Shown piece after piece: positions 28,693 to 40,257 of a stretch of DNA of 64,000 nucleotides. Below the pieces are notes generated by a model. It was not told where the DNA came from. It saw only the letters and a program-made list of their open reading frames with translations, and made no database searches. Position 1 is the stretch's first letter. Every line of letters starts with the position of its first letter. The DNA is from Sphagnum compactum. Lineage: Eukaryota. Where the stretch lies: assembly GCA_965153455.1 (NCBI GenBank), contig OZ234493.1, positions 11,522,213 through 11,586,212 of the forward strand, given 5' to 3'. Made by a program: the position numbers and the translations under genes.

Positions 28693-30216
28693 CTTGTTTC
28701 ATCTATACCAACTTTAATCATCATCATCATTGGAACTAAGAAAATAAGATAATCAATTGAATAACCAATTAATAAGGACTAACATGAATTAATTAATTGA
28801 ACGTGAATTCTCAATGCGATGTTGCTCAAATAATGTCGGGGCTCATTATGCTAATGAATGCATTCATGGGTTGTGCAAGTGTTTGACTGAGGGCTTCTAG
28901 TATTGGTTTAATTTGTTCACTTAACTAGTTCAATTTGTGCATGTTTCACTTTAGGTACTTGTGTATGCTATCTGAACTTTGGCGTAATACGGGCATGTGT
29001 GGAGGTGTTGGCCTCAAAATTTTCCTTTATTATTGATTGAAGGTACCCACAAGGGAATGGAAGTTCATTTGCAACTTGCATGCATTCTCCCAATCGTGTT
29101 TGTTAAAAAGTTGGTGCATTTTGAAACTTTACGATCATGTTAGAGCTTACAATTTAAGTTGATAACCTTAGTTCAAGAAGATCACTAACCTTAGTTCAAG
29201 AAGATCACTAAAGCCTAGCAAAGCTAGGCACATGCCTAAAGAGGAGTGTAATAAATATGATATAACTGTGTCTCTCCGTGTTTGTCATTGGGCAAGGAGG
29301 TTTGCTATTACTAGTCTCTCACCTATTTGCAGAAATTCTCGTTCTCAGTTTTATATGTGTGGGGTTGCAAGTAAATAACTAAACTTGGATGTGAAAAATA
29401 TTTTTGCGAGAGATCGTGAGTGACATACTGAGCAAGGGCACTACTAGGGACCCTCTAATAGGTATTGGTACATGTAGATTTGGACGAATGTTTTAATTTT
29501 GAGCCTAAAGTTAGAGCCAGGTTTTTTTTGGGGGAGCATCATTGGGGAGAGAGGCTCTTTCCATGATTCAATATGATAGTTCCATTTCATTGAGATTGTG
29601 AAAAACTTAGTATTGGTTACATGTTAAGGGTTATGATATTATTATTTCATTGAGATTGTGAAAAACTTCATTGTTTAACATTCTCTTATTGGATGCATTT
29701 GATGAGTTTACTTTCACCTTAGTTCTCCACCCAAGCCTTTGTCCACTTCTTCGCCGAACCCCAGTTCCTATTACCATTAATCAAAATTACTGGAAGGAAA
29801 GGGTGTGACAAGCATGGGAATGCTTGAGCTTTAAGGTGGCCCACAAAGCATCTTTGACATAAGAAGAGAGGGTGGACATAAAGATATGTTGCATTCTCTT
29901 CCTTTGGGTTGCTTAAATAGGTTACAAAAGTTGAACTTAGGGCAAAGGATATGGGATAAAGTGAGGAGCTATTTCGAACATGTCTGTAGCCAAATCTGGC
30001 TAAATCTTCTTATGGATGATGGCCACTTCAACTAGCTGCTACATCACAAAATTGGAAAAAAAAAACACGGGCTTCATTTATGGCTTCTGACAAAACAATT
30101 CCTCAAATGCAGGGCAATGTTTTAAACCTTGGAAATTTGTATAGCTACAGCATGTGCATAGCTTCTTCTTTTGCATAACTAATATTCACGGTTCAGATTC
30201 TAGTCTTTGGGCCATC

Positions 30217-30520
30217 AATGTTTTGTACGTTTTGGTTTTCATTTCATCACAATTTTATCACGGGATACAATTCCATGTTTTGTGAGTTTTGGTTTTCAAT
30301 TTCATCACAATTTTTTCATGGGATATAAATTCATGTGTTTTTGTACGTTTTGGTTTTCAATTTTATCACAATTTTTTTCATGGGAGATAAATTCATGTGT
30401 TTTTGTATGTTTTGGTTTTCAATTTTTATCACAAGTTTTTTCATGGGAGATAAATTCATGTGTTTTTGTAAGTTTTGGTTTTCAAATTTTTATCACAATT
30501 TTGTCATGGGATACAAATCC
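30217..30520. repeat. Tandem repeat with ~50-60-bp unit, about 5-6 copies
   Basis: Unit ATGTGTTTTTGTACGTTTTGGTTTTCAATTTTATCACAATTTTTTCATGGGAGATAAATTC. It explains the repetitive ORFs 30207-30542 and 30335-30631. Confidence 0.9.
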
Positions 30521-31481
30521 ATCGGCCGCATGCAATGTGTGATTCTGAATCGTTGCAATATTTCCAAGTGTGTGATTAGCCCAAGTGTTGATGGATGGAA
30601 TATTTTGATGTGTGAGAAGCCCAAGTGTTGATGTATTGGAAAAAGTAGAACTTCTTTTGAAAATCAATCAATTTGAAAGCTTTGCGCATACACTCCTTGT
30701 TTTATATTAATTAATTGAGGGTGCCTCACAAATCCAACTATTTTTTTTTTTGGGCAATGAGCCAACTTGATTGGCCCATCACCAAAAAAAAAGTTGAAAC
30801 TATGGAGGCTTCCCAAAATAGAAGATTCTATGGAAAGCTGGAGTGCCTCTCGCTTTGGCCATACGTAGGTGAGAAGGGGAGGACTTTGGACAAAACATAT
30901 GGGATTAAAGCGAGGTGCTATTGGGAGCACCCTTGGGGAACATATTGGGAATCTGATGGGAGCCCATTGAGAACTTGAAGGGAACATGTTGGGAACAAAA
31001 GAGAAATGCTGAGCCTTCCCATTGGCTGCATGAAATTTCTATTTCCAAAACTGTTTGTCGCCATTTTGAACGTGGGCTAATAATACCCGCAATATAAACT
31101 GAGGGAACCCTATTAAAAATAGTATACACTTGAGTAGTGAAGCTTTTGGCCTGTTTTGCATGAATCCTCTAACTTTGTTTTTCTTCCCCAGTTAAAGCCA
31201 CAAAAGCCGGGGGGAACCTTTGATTTTCCATCACTGGTATCCCCATAGTTCTCGAACCCCATGTATTACATGTGAGTAAAGTTCCGAAGTTCATAGAATT
31301 GTTATGCCGAATCACAATTGAGATATGAAGGTTAAATCGGTAACCTATCATGTACGTAAACCCTCGTACTTTCACCTCAAACTACCTATGAAAATGGGTG
31401 AGTATATTAAAGTTATCCGTAAAGTCAAGCAAAGACAACACCGGAACCCCCTGGGGTACCGTAGCTATAAATGTTCTTTAG

Positions 31482-31781
31482 CCTGATGCATTTAATGCTG
31501 AGTCTCCACTTTTCATACCCTTATTTAATGCAATTTCATGACTTTGTGGACAACATCCAGGAGGGGATGAAGCATCAAATGAGGGGTGCAACTCCAGTCC
31601 CAACAGGGCATGACTTTACAGATAACTCTAATAGAGTTTTCATGAAGTCACCCTGACTGACTTCACCCTCTTTTTGGGCCTCATTTCACCCCCATCCTCC
31701 CTTTGAGTGAGGTCTGCAAATTAATGAAATTTTATTAAATCTGGGTATGAAATGCTGAAACTCAGCATTAAATGCACAAGG
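31482..31781. mobile_element. MITE with ~40-bp terminal inverted repeats
   Basis: Left end CCTGATGCATTTAATGCTGAGTCTCCACTTTTCATACCC; reverse complement of right end CCTTGTGCATTTAATGCTGAGTTTCAGCATTTCATACCC. A partial second copy of the right half lies at ~32135-32258. Confidence 0.7.
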
Positions 31782-34514
31782 TTCAAGAGTAGTTTATAGT
31801 AGTTTATAGTAGTTTTCAGGTAAGCAGGTAAGGCACTTGGTGGTAGGTAGATACATGTGGATGGTTAGTACATGTGGTTAACCACTTGTGATGAGCTATG
31901 GGACAACAATACAATGAAAAAGTGTTTTGTGTCCACATGCCATCCATGCCGTGTGGTGTGCTGGTGGGTGGTGGTTCACTCTGGCCCACATAATGATAGA
32001 AGAGAGATGATCACAAACACAATTCAAATGTGCACAATTCTATTTGATATAATAAAGTTATCTGTAAAATCAGGAAAAGATGGCATCCAAACCCTCTCAT
32101 AAGGGGATGAGATTTCAAAAAAACAGGAAAAGTCATGAAGTCACCATGTCTTCACCCTCTCTTTGGGCCTCCTTTCACCCCCTATACCCTTTCGGCGTGA
32201 GTGAGGTCTGCAAAGCAAGGAAATTTTATTAAATCTGGGTATGAAATGCTGAAACTCATATGTCTTGAAATAATCATTATCTTCCAAGAAATAAAGTTTG
32301 GGCAAGATAAGAAAAATCTGGATTTTCTAACCTTGTCAACCTTCAAAGTTCACCACATACAAGCGACTTTTAAATGTTGTCTTATGGTAGATATTATGGT
32401 CCAACTTTATAGTGCAACTTTATACTTTATAGTATTGGCCCTCAAAGTGACTTTAGTGATAAGAAATGCAAAAGCAAAAAAGTGGAATGAAAAGTTCATA
32501 AGTAGAAAAGAAAGGTTCAATTTTGGGCCGTGTAATAATAGTTTGGTTTTCATTTACACATGTCATGATATTGAACTTGAAGAACTAATTTTTATGGTGG
32601 CTATTGAAAATCACAAAATTTGGGCAACTTTGCATCTTCATTACTAATGCCACACATGCTCAATGGTGCCTTAGGATTTTTTTTGCAGAGTGCCCAAAAT
32701 GTTTGGGCATAAAGGAAAGACTTTCTTCAACCTTTAAGGTCCTCCAAAATTATCAGACAGCCAAAAAAAGTCTCAAAATGTACAAACTTTTGAGCATCAG
32801 GGTTTTTCCAGAGATGCCCAATTTTTTTTGGGCAGCAATGAGTCTTTTCCACCTTAAAAATCCTCCCAGGCAGTTTAAATTTCAAAACTGCCCGAAATGT
32901 TTTTTGAGCATCTTGGAAAAACATTCTCCTGAATATTTTCAAGCATCAGAATATTTCAAGTTCCCAAATTTTGGAGCAGAAATGAATTTTTTTCAACCTA
33001 TATAATCTGCCCTAAATTATGGTGAAAATTGCCTGAATTGCCAAAAAAAATTCTCAGGAATTCTCCATAATGTCCAATTTTTTGGGCAGCATGAAAAATA
33101 TTCTGAACTTTCCCCAAGCTGAATAAATTTTTGGGGGTAGTTTGGAAAACCTTAATGTGAATGGTTGAATGTAGGGTTAAATTATCTATCCCCTTTGTGT
33201 GAACAATGCATGGATTAGTTTATTCCTTATATTTTTAATCATTTTAAACCCCAAAAAATCCAAATCACCCACATAGCCAAATTTGGCTAAACCATCTTAT
33301 GGATGATCACCACTTCAGCTACATCACAAAAATTGAAAAAAATAATCCCCCTTGTCACACACATGAAAAAACACACACATAGAGACACACACAAAAGAAC
33401 AAAATAGGTACAAACTTCCCATTTCGCATTGAACTAGATTCCAACCACAAAACAAATCCTTCCAAAAAACAAAACAAAAAAAATCTGCAATAAAAACTTG
33501 ACATTGTGATTAAACAATTACCAATTTTTTTAAAGCATGACTGCTGAAGTCAAAACCTAGAATATTGGCTTTTTACTAATTAAAATAAGGTTTTTGAGCA
33601 ACTAATAATTTACTTTGTGGGCACATTTTTGGATATATAACACTTCCTTAAGATCATGGAGATGATGCTTCGGCATTCATTCTACTTGCCCAACCAATTG
33701 CAGCAGAATTCTGGGCCAAAGAATCTGGGTCCACCCACTTAGTTAACTTGTCTCCTAGATGGGCTAGAAATATATTTTGTTTTTGGCTCAAGTTGACCCA
33801 ATGCAAAAAAGACCTTGAGTTAAAAATCTACTTGCAAAACCCAATGCACACCCTTGAAACCCTATCATTTTCAAGCGGTTTCAAGTGTTCACTAGCGATA
33901 GATTGCTTTTCCAAGCACTTTTTTGTTCTACCAACAATCTGTGAACAATTCTCAATTGATTCCAAACGCTTAAAAACATGTACACGTGCATGCATTCGAC
34001 TGCTAAAGGCTCCATATTGTGCATTGGAGGTTTGTTTTGTTGTCTCTAAAGTAGTCCCAAACACAATGCAAGTTGAGATTGCGATATGATATTCCGGAAA
34101 GACAGGATTGCACTACTTTGTAATTGGAGACACATCTCAAGTTGTGAGGCAAGAGCCAACGGGTTTACTCTTACCCATCAATACACTAGACTCAGGACCG
34201 GGTAGCATGTGGATGGCACATTTTAGTTGAATTCCAATCCCATAGCTAACCACAATGGTTAGCTATGTACTGACCGTCCACATTCATCCGCAGACCTAGT
34301 AGCCATTAAGTGCATTACCCGGTACTTAACTTTGTAATAACCAACCACTTACATTCCCTAGCTACATCCCGAGCATACTTAAGCAATAATATGGGTAATT
34401 CACCTATGTAGGGGAAAAGGGAAGCAAAAAGGGTTTATTCCATAGGTTATCAAGGTGTAACCTTTGGTAACCCATCAACCACAATTGAGTCATGGTTAAT
34501 ATTGGTTCATTTAT

Positions 34515-34808
34515 GGGGTTCTTTTTTTTGTGGCGAATTTTTGTCACCTGGCGAGGAAAAAAAAAAGGGCTGGTGAATTCAACAAAGGGATTTTTGAGAA
34601 TTTCAAAACAAATTAGCCATATCTCGAGAAAAAAGAGTTAGAAGTCCTCAATTTTAGACGGTGTGTTCCGTTAGGTCTGATTCAGAACTAGGCAGGATTT
34701 CAACAAAGATTTACTAGTCCACCAGGACAGTCGCCATTTAATGCTAATTAATGCTGAGGATCCTCGCCAATACACCTACTTGAGGAATTTGCAAAATTAA
34801 AAACCCTG
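34515..34808. repeat. Dispersed ~290-bp repeat (MITE-like), copy 2
   Basis: Colinear with 28398-28692; ends AAAACCCTG. Confidence 0.75.
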
Positions 34809-35146
34809 GTAGCTGGGGTCACATAATCCAAATTGAGGCTAATGATAACCACCTTTCATATATACCGTATGTGGGGTCAATGGTACCCCACCAACCAACC
34901 AAGCATCTCCCCCACTCTCTTCCAAAAAAAGCTTAATATTCTCCAGGTTCAAAGAAACCTAATGCACCAATGTCTCCTTTGACATGGAGTGTTTGGAGCA
35001 AAACACGGGTTTTGGTTCTTATAAAGGTGCATGAGAAGCCATTTTGGGATTCCCTAAATTAGGAAAGGAAGAAGGCCATGGAAATCTAGGTCTTGCAACT
35101 TTTCAAATGTTATGGAAAATTTGCATTAAATGGTGGGGGGCCAGAG

Positions 35147-35410
35147 AACATTAGTTTTGGTGATCACTTGTCAATGTGCTGGTCACAATAGCCATTGCTA
35201 TCCCTCCCACAATAGCCAAGGCACCCTTTGACAACAAAGGTAGTTTTCGCCGCCATGGATGTCTACTAGGGTTGAAAAAAAAGACCTTTAGAAAAAACGA
35301 AGGTCCCATGGGTGTTGTGGACAGGTACCTTTGGCTATTGGGAGAGATGACAACAATTGCTATGGCTATTGTGGCCAGCTCATTGATGAGTGATCACAAA
35401 AGCTAATGTT
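35147..35410. mobile_element. Foldback element / MITE with ~80-bp inverted arms
   Basis: Left arm AACATTAGTTTTGGTGATCACTTGTCAATGTGCTGGTCACAATAGCCATTGC; reverse complement of right arm AACATTAGCTTTTGTGATCACTCATCAATGAGCTGGCCACAATAGCCATAGC. Confidence 0.75.
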
Positions 35411-35985
35411 TCATGAGCAAAGAGGCGGATGCCACATTTAATTTGTTGCTCTAAACAGTTTAGGGGACACTTGTTGACACATTTTTTTTAAGCTTGTCTT
35501 TTAGTGCTCTTTTTTGCATCCTAGCATGTGGTTTCATGTAAAATGGTGATGTCTTGTTTTGCAAATTTTATTTTTTAATTGATTTGGTATTGTCTCACAT
35601 CATTTTCGAACCCAGTATCTTTTAAGAGAGAGAGCATTTCTGTTTTTAAAAGAGTGAGAATGATAGAATAGATTTCACCTTTGACTAACATAATTTAAAG
35701 TTGTTTTCTTATTTAAATTACAAGAAAGGTCAAAATCACATGACTCTATACAAGATTAATAATAATCAGGCAAGAAATGCACTGGATAGGATGATGCAGC
35801 TCGTTTTTGGAGGGAGCGAGGGAGGGAGGAGCATCGGAGCATCTCACGTTGTTTAGTGCTTGCTTACAATAGTAGCAAGTGCCCACTTGTCATGGGTTTT
35901 GACCTCAAGCTGTTCTACCTTTTCACTAGGGAAACCATTATCCATCTATATATCCTTCTAGTTTTGCAATAGTTCTGCTAGAAAG

Positions 35986-36324
35986 AGCATCTCCAGCGGT
36001 GCTCAGTATGTGACCCTGTGAAAATATTTTTCACATCCAAGTTGAGTTATGCACTCTTTTGCAAACCCACTCATAAAACTGAAACTCGGACACTATAGAG
36101 GCCGAGGACTACTGGTAGCAAACCACCTGGACGAATCATTATGATGGGCCAATCAGAAGAACTACTGAGCAGCAATTAGTTTTTCTGCAGGTGCACAGCT
36201 TTACTGCGCCTTCTCCCAACCACGGCCAAAACCATTTTCCTGAGCCAAACCGGCATACTTTGCATTATTTTCTTCATCCAATTTTACTGTGGAGGATCGC
36301 ATGCCGAGCACCTCTGGAGATGCT
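35986..36324. mobile_element. Tourist/PIF-Harbinger-like MITE
   Basis: TIR AGCATCTCCAGCGGTGCTC ... GAGCACCTCTGGAGATGCT (18/19 match). GAGCATCTCCA-type ends are typical of plant Tourist-like MITEs. TSD not clear. Confidence 0.7.
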
Positions 36325-37220
36325 GTTCCAGCTACAAAAACAAAAACAAACTGCACATTACAACTTCAACCCTTTCCGGTAGGTGGTATCAGGAGGAGGG
36401 TTTGTGTGTGTGTGCCCCTCAATTAAAATCAGAGAAGCACATGTTAAAGTTCCAAATTCGTGTTCATTTGCTTGTTTCAATTTGCCTTGTCTTTTGCATC
36501 CAGGCCACTTGCAAAAGACATGCAACATTTATACATGTCCTAGTTCACTAAGGCATCTATTAAAAAGAGTTTGAACAATGCACTCCTATTTGAACAATCT
36601 CATTGGTCACAAATTTTTTTTCTTCAGTCCTATGCACAAGCTTATGAGGCTACTTATTACTTACTAGAGAGAGCGGGTCTGTAGATGGTGGACTCTGCTA
36701 GGTGAGCATGCCCTGGGTGAGCCTGTTAGAGCGAGCTTACTTTCTCACCTGGAGTGTGCGCACTTGACAGAATCCACTACCTACAGGCCACTCTTCAGCA
36801 TTAAAGGCAGCCATCGAATGGCATTAAAATGCTGGAGACAGCAAGGGACATTACTTTGCAGAATGCACCAGCCACAAAAATCAGCAAGCTGGCCCAGTTC
36901 TGTAGCAATAAATAGTTTAAAAAGGGTTGAATTGGCAAGCCCTAACTAAAAAAACAACATTTAAGTGAACAGTCTGTACTAAAGAAAACACCTCAAACAA
37001 ATGAAAGGCACCCCATTCTAGAACAATCCCATTGGCAACATAACCTTCTTTTTCTTAGCAGCTAGCAGAGGCACAAAGCTTATTCCACATACCTTGTAGG
37101 TTTGTGTATATTTTCTACAATAATACTATAACCCTTGTCCCCGTATACCTGACTGAACAAGAGTGACCATGAACATCCAAATTAACCTCCAAGACCACAG
37201 CTTAATTTGGGTATGCAAAT

Positions 37221-37344
37221 TAATCTCATGCAAACTAGTCTACTAATCTCATGCAAAACTAGTCCACTAATGTCATGAAAATTAGTCCACTTTAATCTCA
37301 AGCACATTAGTCCACTAATCTCATGCAAAATAGTCTACTAATAT
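37221..37344 (+). repeat. Five tandem ~24-bp units upstream of the aquaporin
   Basis: TAATCTCATGCAAA(A)CTAGTCYAC x5, three of them with an intact CATGCA. Confidence 0.85.
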
Positions 37345-37718
37345 GAGTTAGAGTCATGATCTAGGATGGCGTATTGGAGTTGAATTTCTGTATATGGACA
37401 TCTTCAGCTCATCTTCTTCTGCCTCTTTTTTCAGACTGCAGGATCTTCTAGTGGACCCAGCTCTTGTGTCCTTCAAGGCCTGATCTGCTTCCTAGTCCCT
37501 CATGTCTCGGTTCATAAATACTAGAACTCTCAAGAACTTCAAGATATTCTCTTCTCCAGCTCCCGTGCACGTGTACTAGTCAAGCTGGTTTCCTTGGGAG
37601 CTGCCAGGACTCAGCTTCTGCTGATCAGGAAACAGAGCTGCTGGTCTGTATAAAAAGCTCAAATACGTACTAGAAGGAATCAGAGCAGAGTTGCAGAGCT
37701 CTGAGAATTAGGATCAGC

Positions 37719-39776
37719 ATGGCATCCAAACACGAGAGTAATAATAGCCATGTTGCAGAAGAGGGGCATGAGCGTAATCTTCAGAAGGACTACAAGGACC
37801 CACCCATTTCACCACTGGTGGATACGGGGGAGTTCTTTCGTTGGTCTTTCTACCGAGCTGTAATAGCGGAGTTTGTCGCGACTCTGTTGCTTCTGTACAT
37901 CACCATCACCGTTGTCATTGGAGCTACCCGCGAAGCAGCGAATTGTGGGGGCGTGGGTCTTCTGGGAATCGCTTGGTCTTTTGGTGGAATGATCTTCGTC
38001 CTTGTCTACTGCACCGCTGGTATCTCAGGTATAAAATATATGTCTAGTACGTGCTGCCACCGGCACTAGCTGATTCTTCACAAACTAGAGCTTGCTTTCT
38101 AGTGATCATCAATATCATGGTCCGAAGGTTCTTTTTCCATTAGGTTGCTCTGATCACGTCACAGTGATCACAGCAGCCTAACGGAAAGCCACTGTCCATA
38201 TAGGGCCTTGTTTCTTGCTACTTGCAGGATAGTCGCTTTGAAACCATTGGAGAGAGTTGCAAGTGACTAGTTGAAAATATGCAGTTAATCATGTTAGGAA
38301 CTCTGGTACACATGTTCTTGAGCATGAAGAGAAGAACAAATGTCATTTTGTGGCGGGTATTCACAGTTTGACCTCACAGCTCTCACAAGCTCCTGCGATC
38401 GGTCATTGCTTGACCGGTAGAGCTATGAGATGACTGTGAGCACAGCTAGACGAAAAACCTTAATGGAAAGCTGCTCTGATCACATGAGGAGCCTAATGGA
38501 AAGATATATCCTAATTTTGAATGTCGTACTTTTTGCATCTCCTTCTGCTGCAGGTGGGCACATCAACCCAGCTGTAACATTTGGGCTGTTCCTAGCAAGG
38601 AAGGTGTCGCTTAACCGAACTCTGGCATACATAGTTGCGCAATGCCTGGGTGCCATCTGCGGTGCAGGATTGGTTAAGGGCTTCCAGAAATCATTCTACG
38701 AGGAATATGGTGGAGGGGCCAACCATGTGCAACCTGGTTACAGTGTAGGTGCTGCTTTGGGTGCTGAGATCGTTGGCACTTTCGTGTTGGTGTACACCGT
38801 GTTCTCTGCCACTGATCCCAAGCGCAATGCCCGTGATTCCTTCGTACCTGTACGTCTTTCTCTCTCTCTCTCATGGGCGTCCGATAACAAATGTTGAGTT
38901 TTCTATATATAATCATGAGATCCAGACATGAACAATAGGACTAGCTTCCTCAATAATCATTTGCTCTCACAAGCGAGTTCAGTTTGAAACTAGCTGCTGG
39001 AGAACAGGAGGCTTATTAATATCTATCTCGTGAATCTACAAGAGAATGTGGGCTTTCTCACCCCAAAAGTCAAGACCCTCATAACAAATGTGTGAGACAA
39101 TTTTTTTGGAATCATCCGTTAGAATGTACAATATGTGGTGTCTATTGTGGTATATGTTTATATTCAAATAGCAATTTCAAAGCTGAGGCTTAATTTTGTT
39201 TGAGAAAAAACACATATTCTCTCGTAGTGCTTACAGAGGATGGGTGCTGGAAATTTGATCTTCTAGCATTAATTTTTCAAGAAGGAAATATGCACAAATA
39301 GAAACAGGCAAAAGAAGAAGAAACTCTCCCACCAAAACAATAAAGAGATTTGAACTTGTCTAGTCCCAGAGAAAATTTGGGACTCCTTGAAAAGACATGA
39401 AATTAAAAGCTTTGGAATGTAAGTACTCAAAGTTGCAAAAATTTGTGTCTGTAGTTCAATCTATATAATAAAAAGAATGATGTCCATGAGTCAGTTTCAT
39501 GACCTACCTCTTTCCAAGCCTAACTACCTCACTCTTTTCCCCTACTCTCACATATATGAAAAGGCAAATTAACATGCGCCTTTTCTTATTATGTAAATTG
39601 AAAAAAAAGTGCTTACTTAATTCCAGTGACGAGTAATAGAAACTGATATATGAGAGATTTTTTGTAATCATTAGTAAGATCGTAGTGTGCGCAAAGCTCA
39701 AATGATCTACTAATAACCAGGCGATGGTCTGCATTATTATATCTTGCATGACTACTTAATTATATGGTGATTTAAC

Positions 39777-39812
<36 letters not shown>

Positions 39813-40105
39813 CACAGGTATTAGCGCCACTACCCATTGGATTTGCCGTGTTCATGGTTCATTTGGCAACCATCCCAATAACAGGAACCAGCATCAACCC
39901 AGCACGAAGCTTTGGCCCAGCAGTTATCTACAACCGTCACACCGGTTGGCACCAGCTAGTAAGTAAATCCATCTATTGCAAACTGAAACACCTCTGAATC
40001 AGAGCAAATTTAAGTTTAGAATTTCACATGATGTGGGATAGATTACCTAAATTTTTTTTATTTTTTTTTTCACTATTTATGTCTACTCAACAATAAATTC
40101 ACAAT

Positions 40106-40139
<34 letters not shown>

Positions 40140-40257
40140 GCAGTGGATTTTCTGGGTAGGACCATTGCTGGGAGCTGCATTGGCAGCAGCTTATCATCAA
40201 CGTGTGCTGCGAGCTGGGAAACTGAAAGCCTTCCTTTTCAGCTCTGCTGAAACCTAA
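37719..40257 (+). CDS. PIP2: Plasma-membrane intrinsic protein aquaporin, PIP2-like (~286 aa, 4 exons)
   Basis: Exons 37719-38028, 38554-38849, 39818-39958, 40144-40257 (861 nt). Short N-terminus with [48 protein letters not shown]. The ar/R filter residues are F-H-T-R. Confidence 0.95.
39783..39810 (+). repeat. (TG)n microsatellite at the PIP intron 2 acceptor
   Basis: Run of ~14 TG units directly before CACACAG|GTATTAGCG. Confidence 0.95.
40108..40138 (+). repeat. (TG)n microsatellite at the PIP intron 3 acceptor
   Basis: Run of ~15 TG units directly before TGCAG|TGGATT. Confidence 0.95.

Noticed and set aside
30207..30667. Repetitive hydrophobic ORFs
   Set aside because: Products of a ~55-bp tandem repeat.
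33640..34260. Possible host-gene fragment (overlapping ORFs 33748-34089 and 33828-34064)
   Set aside because: No recognisable motif in any frame and no convincing splice structure.
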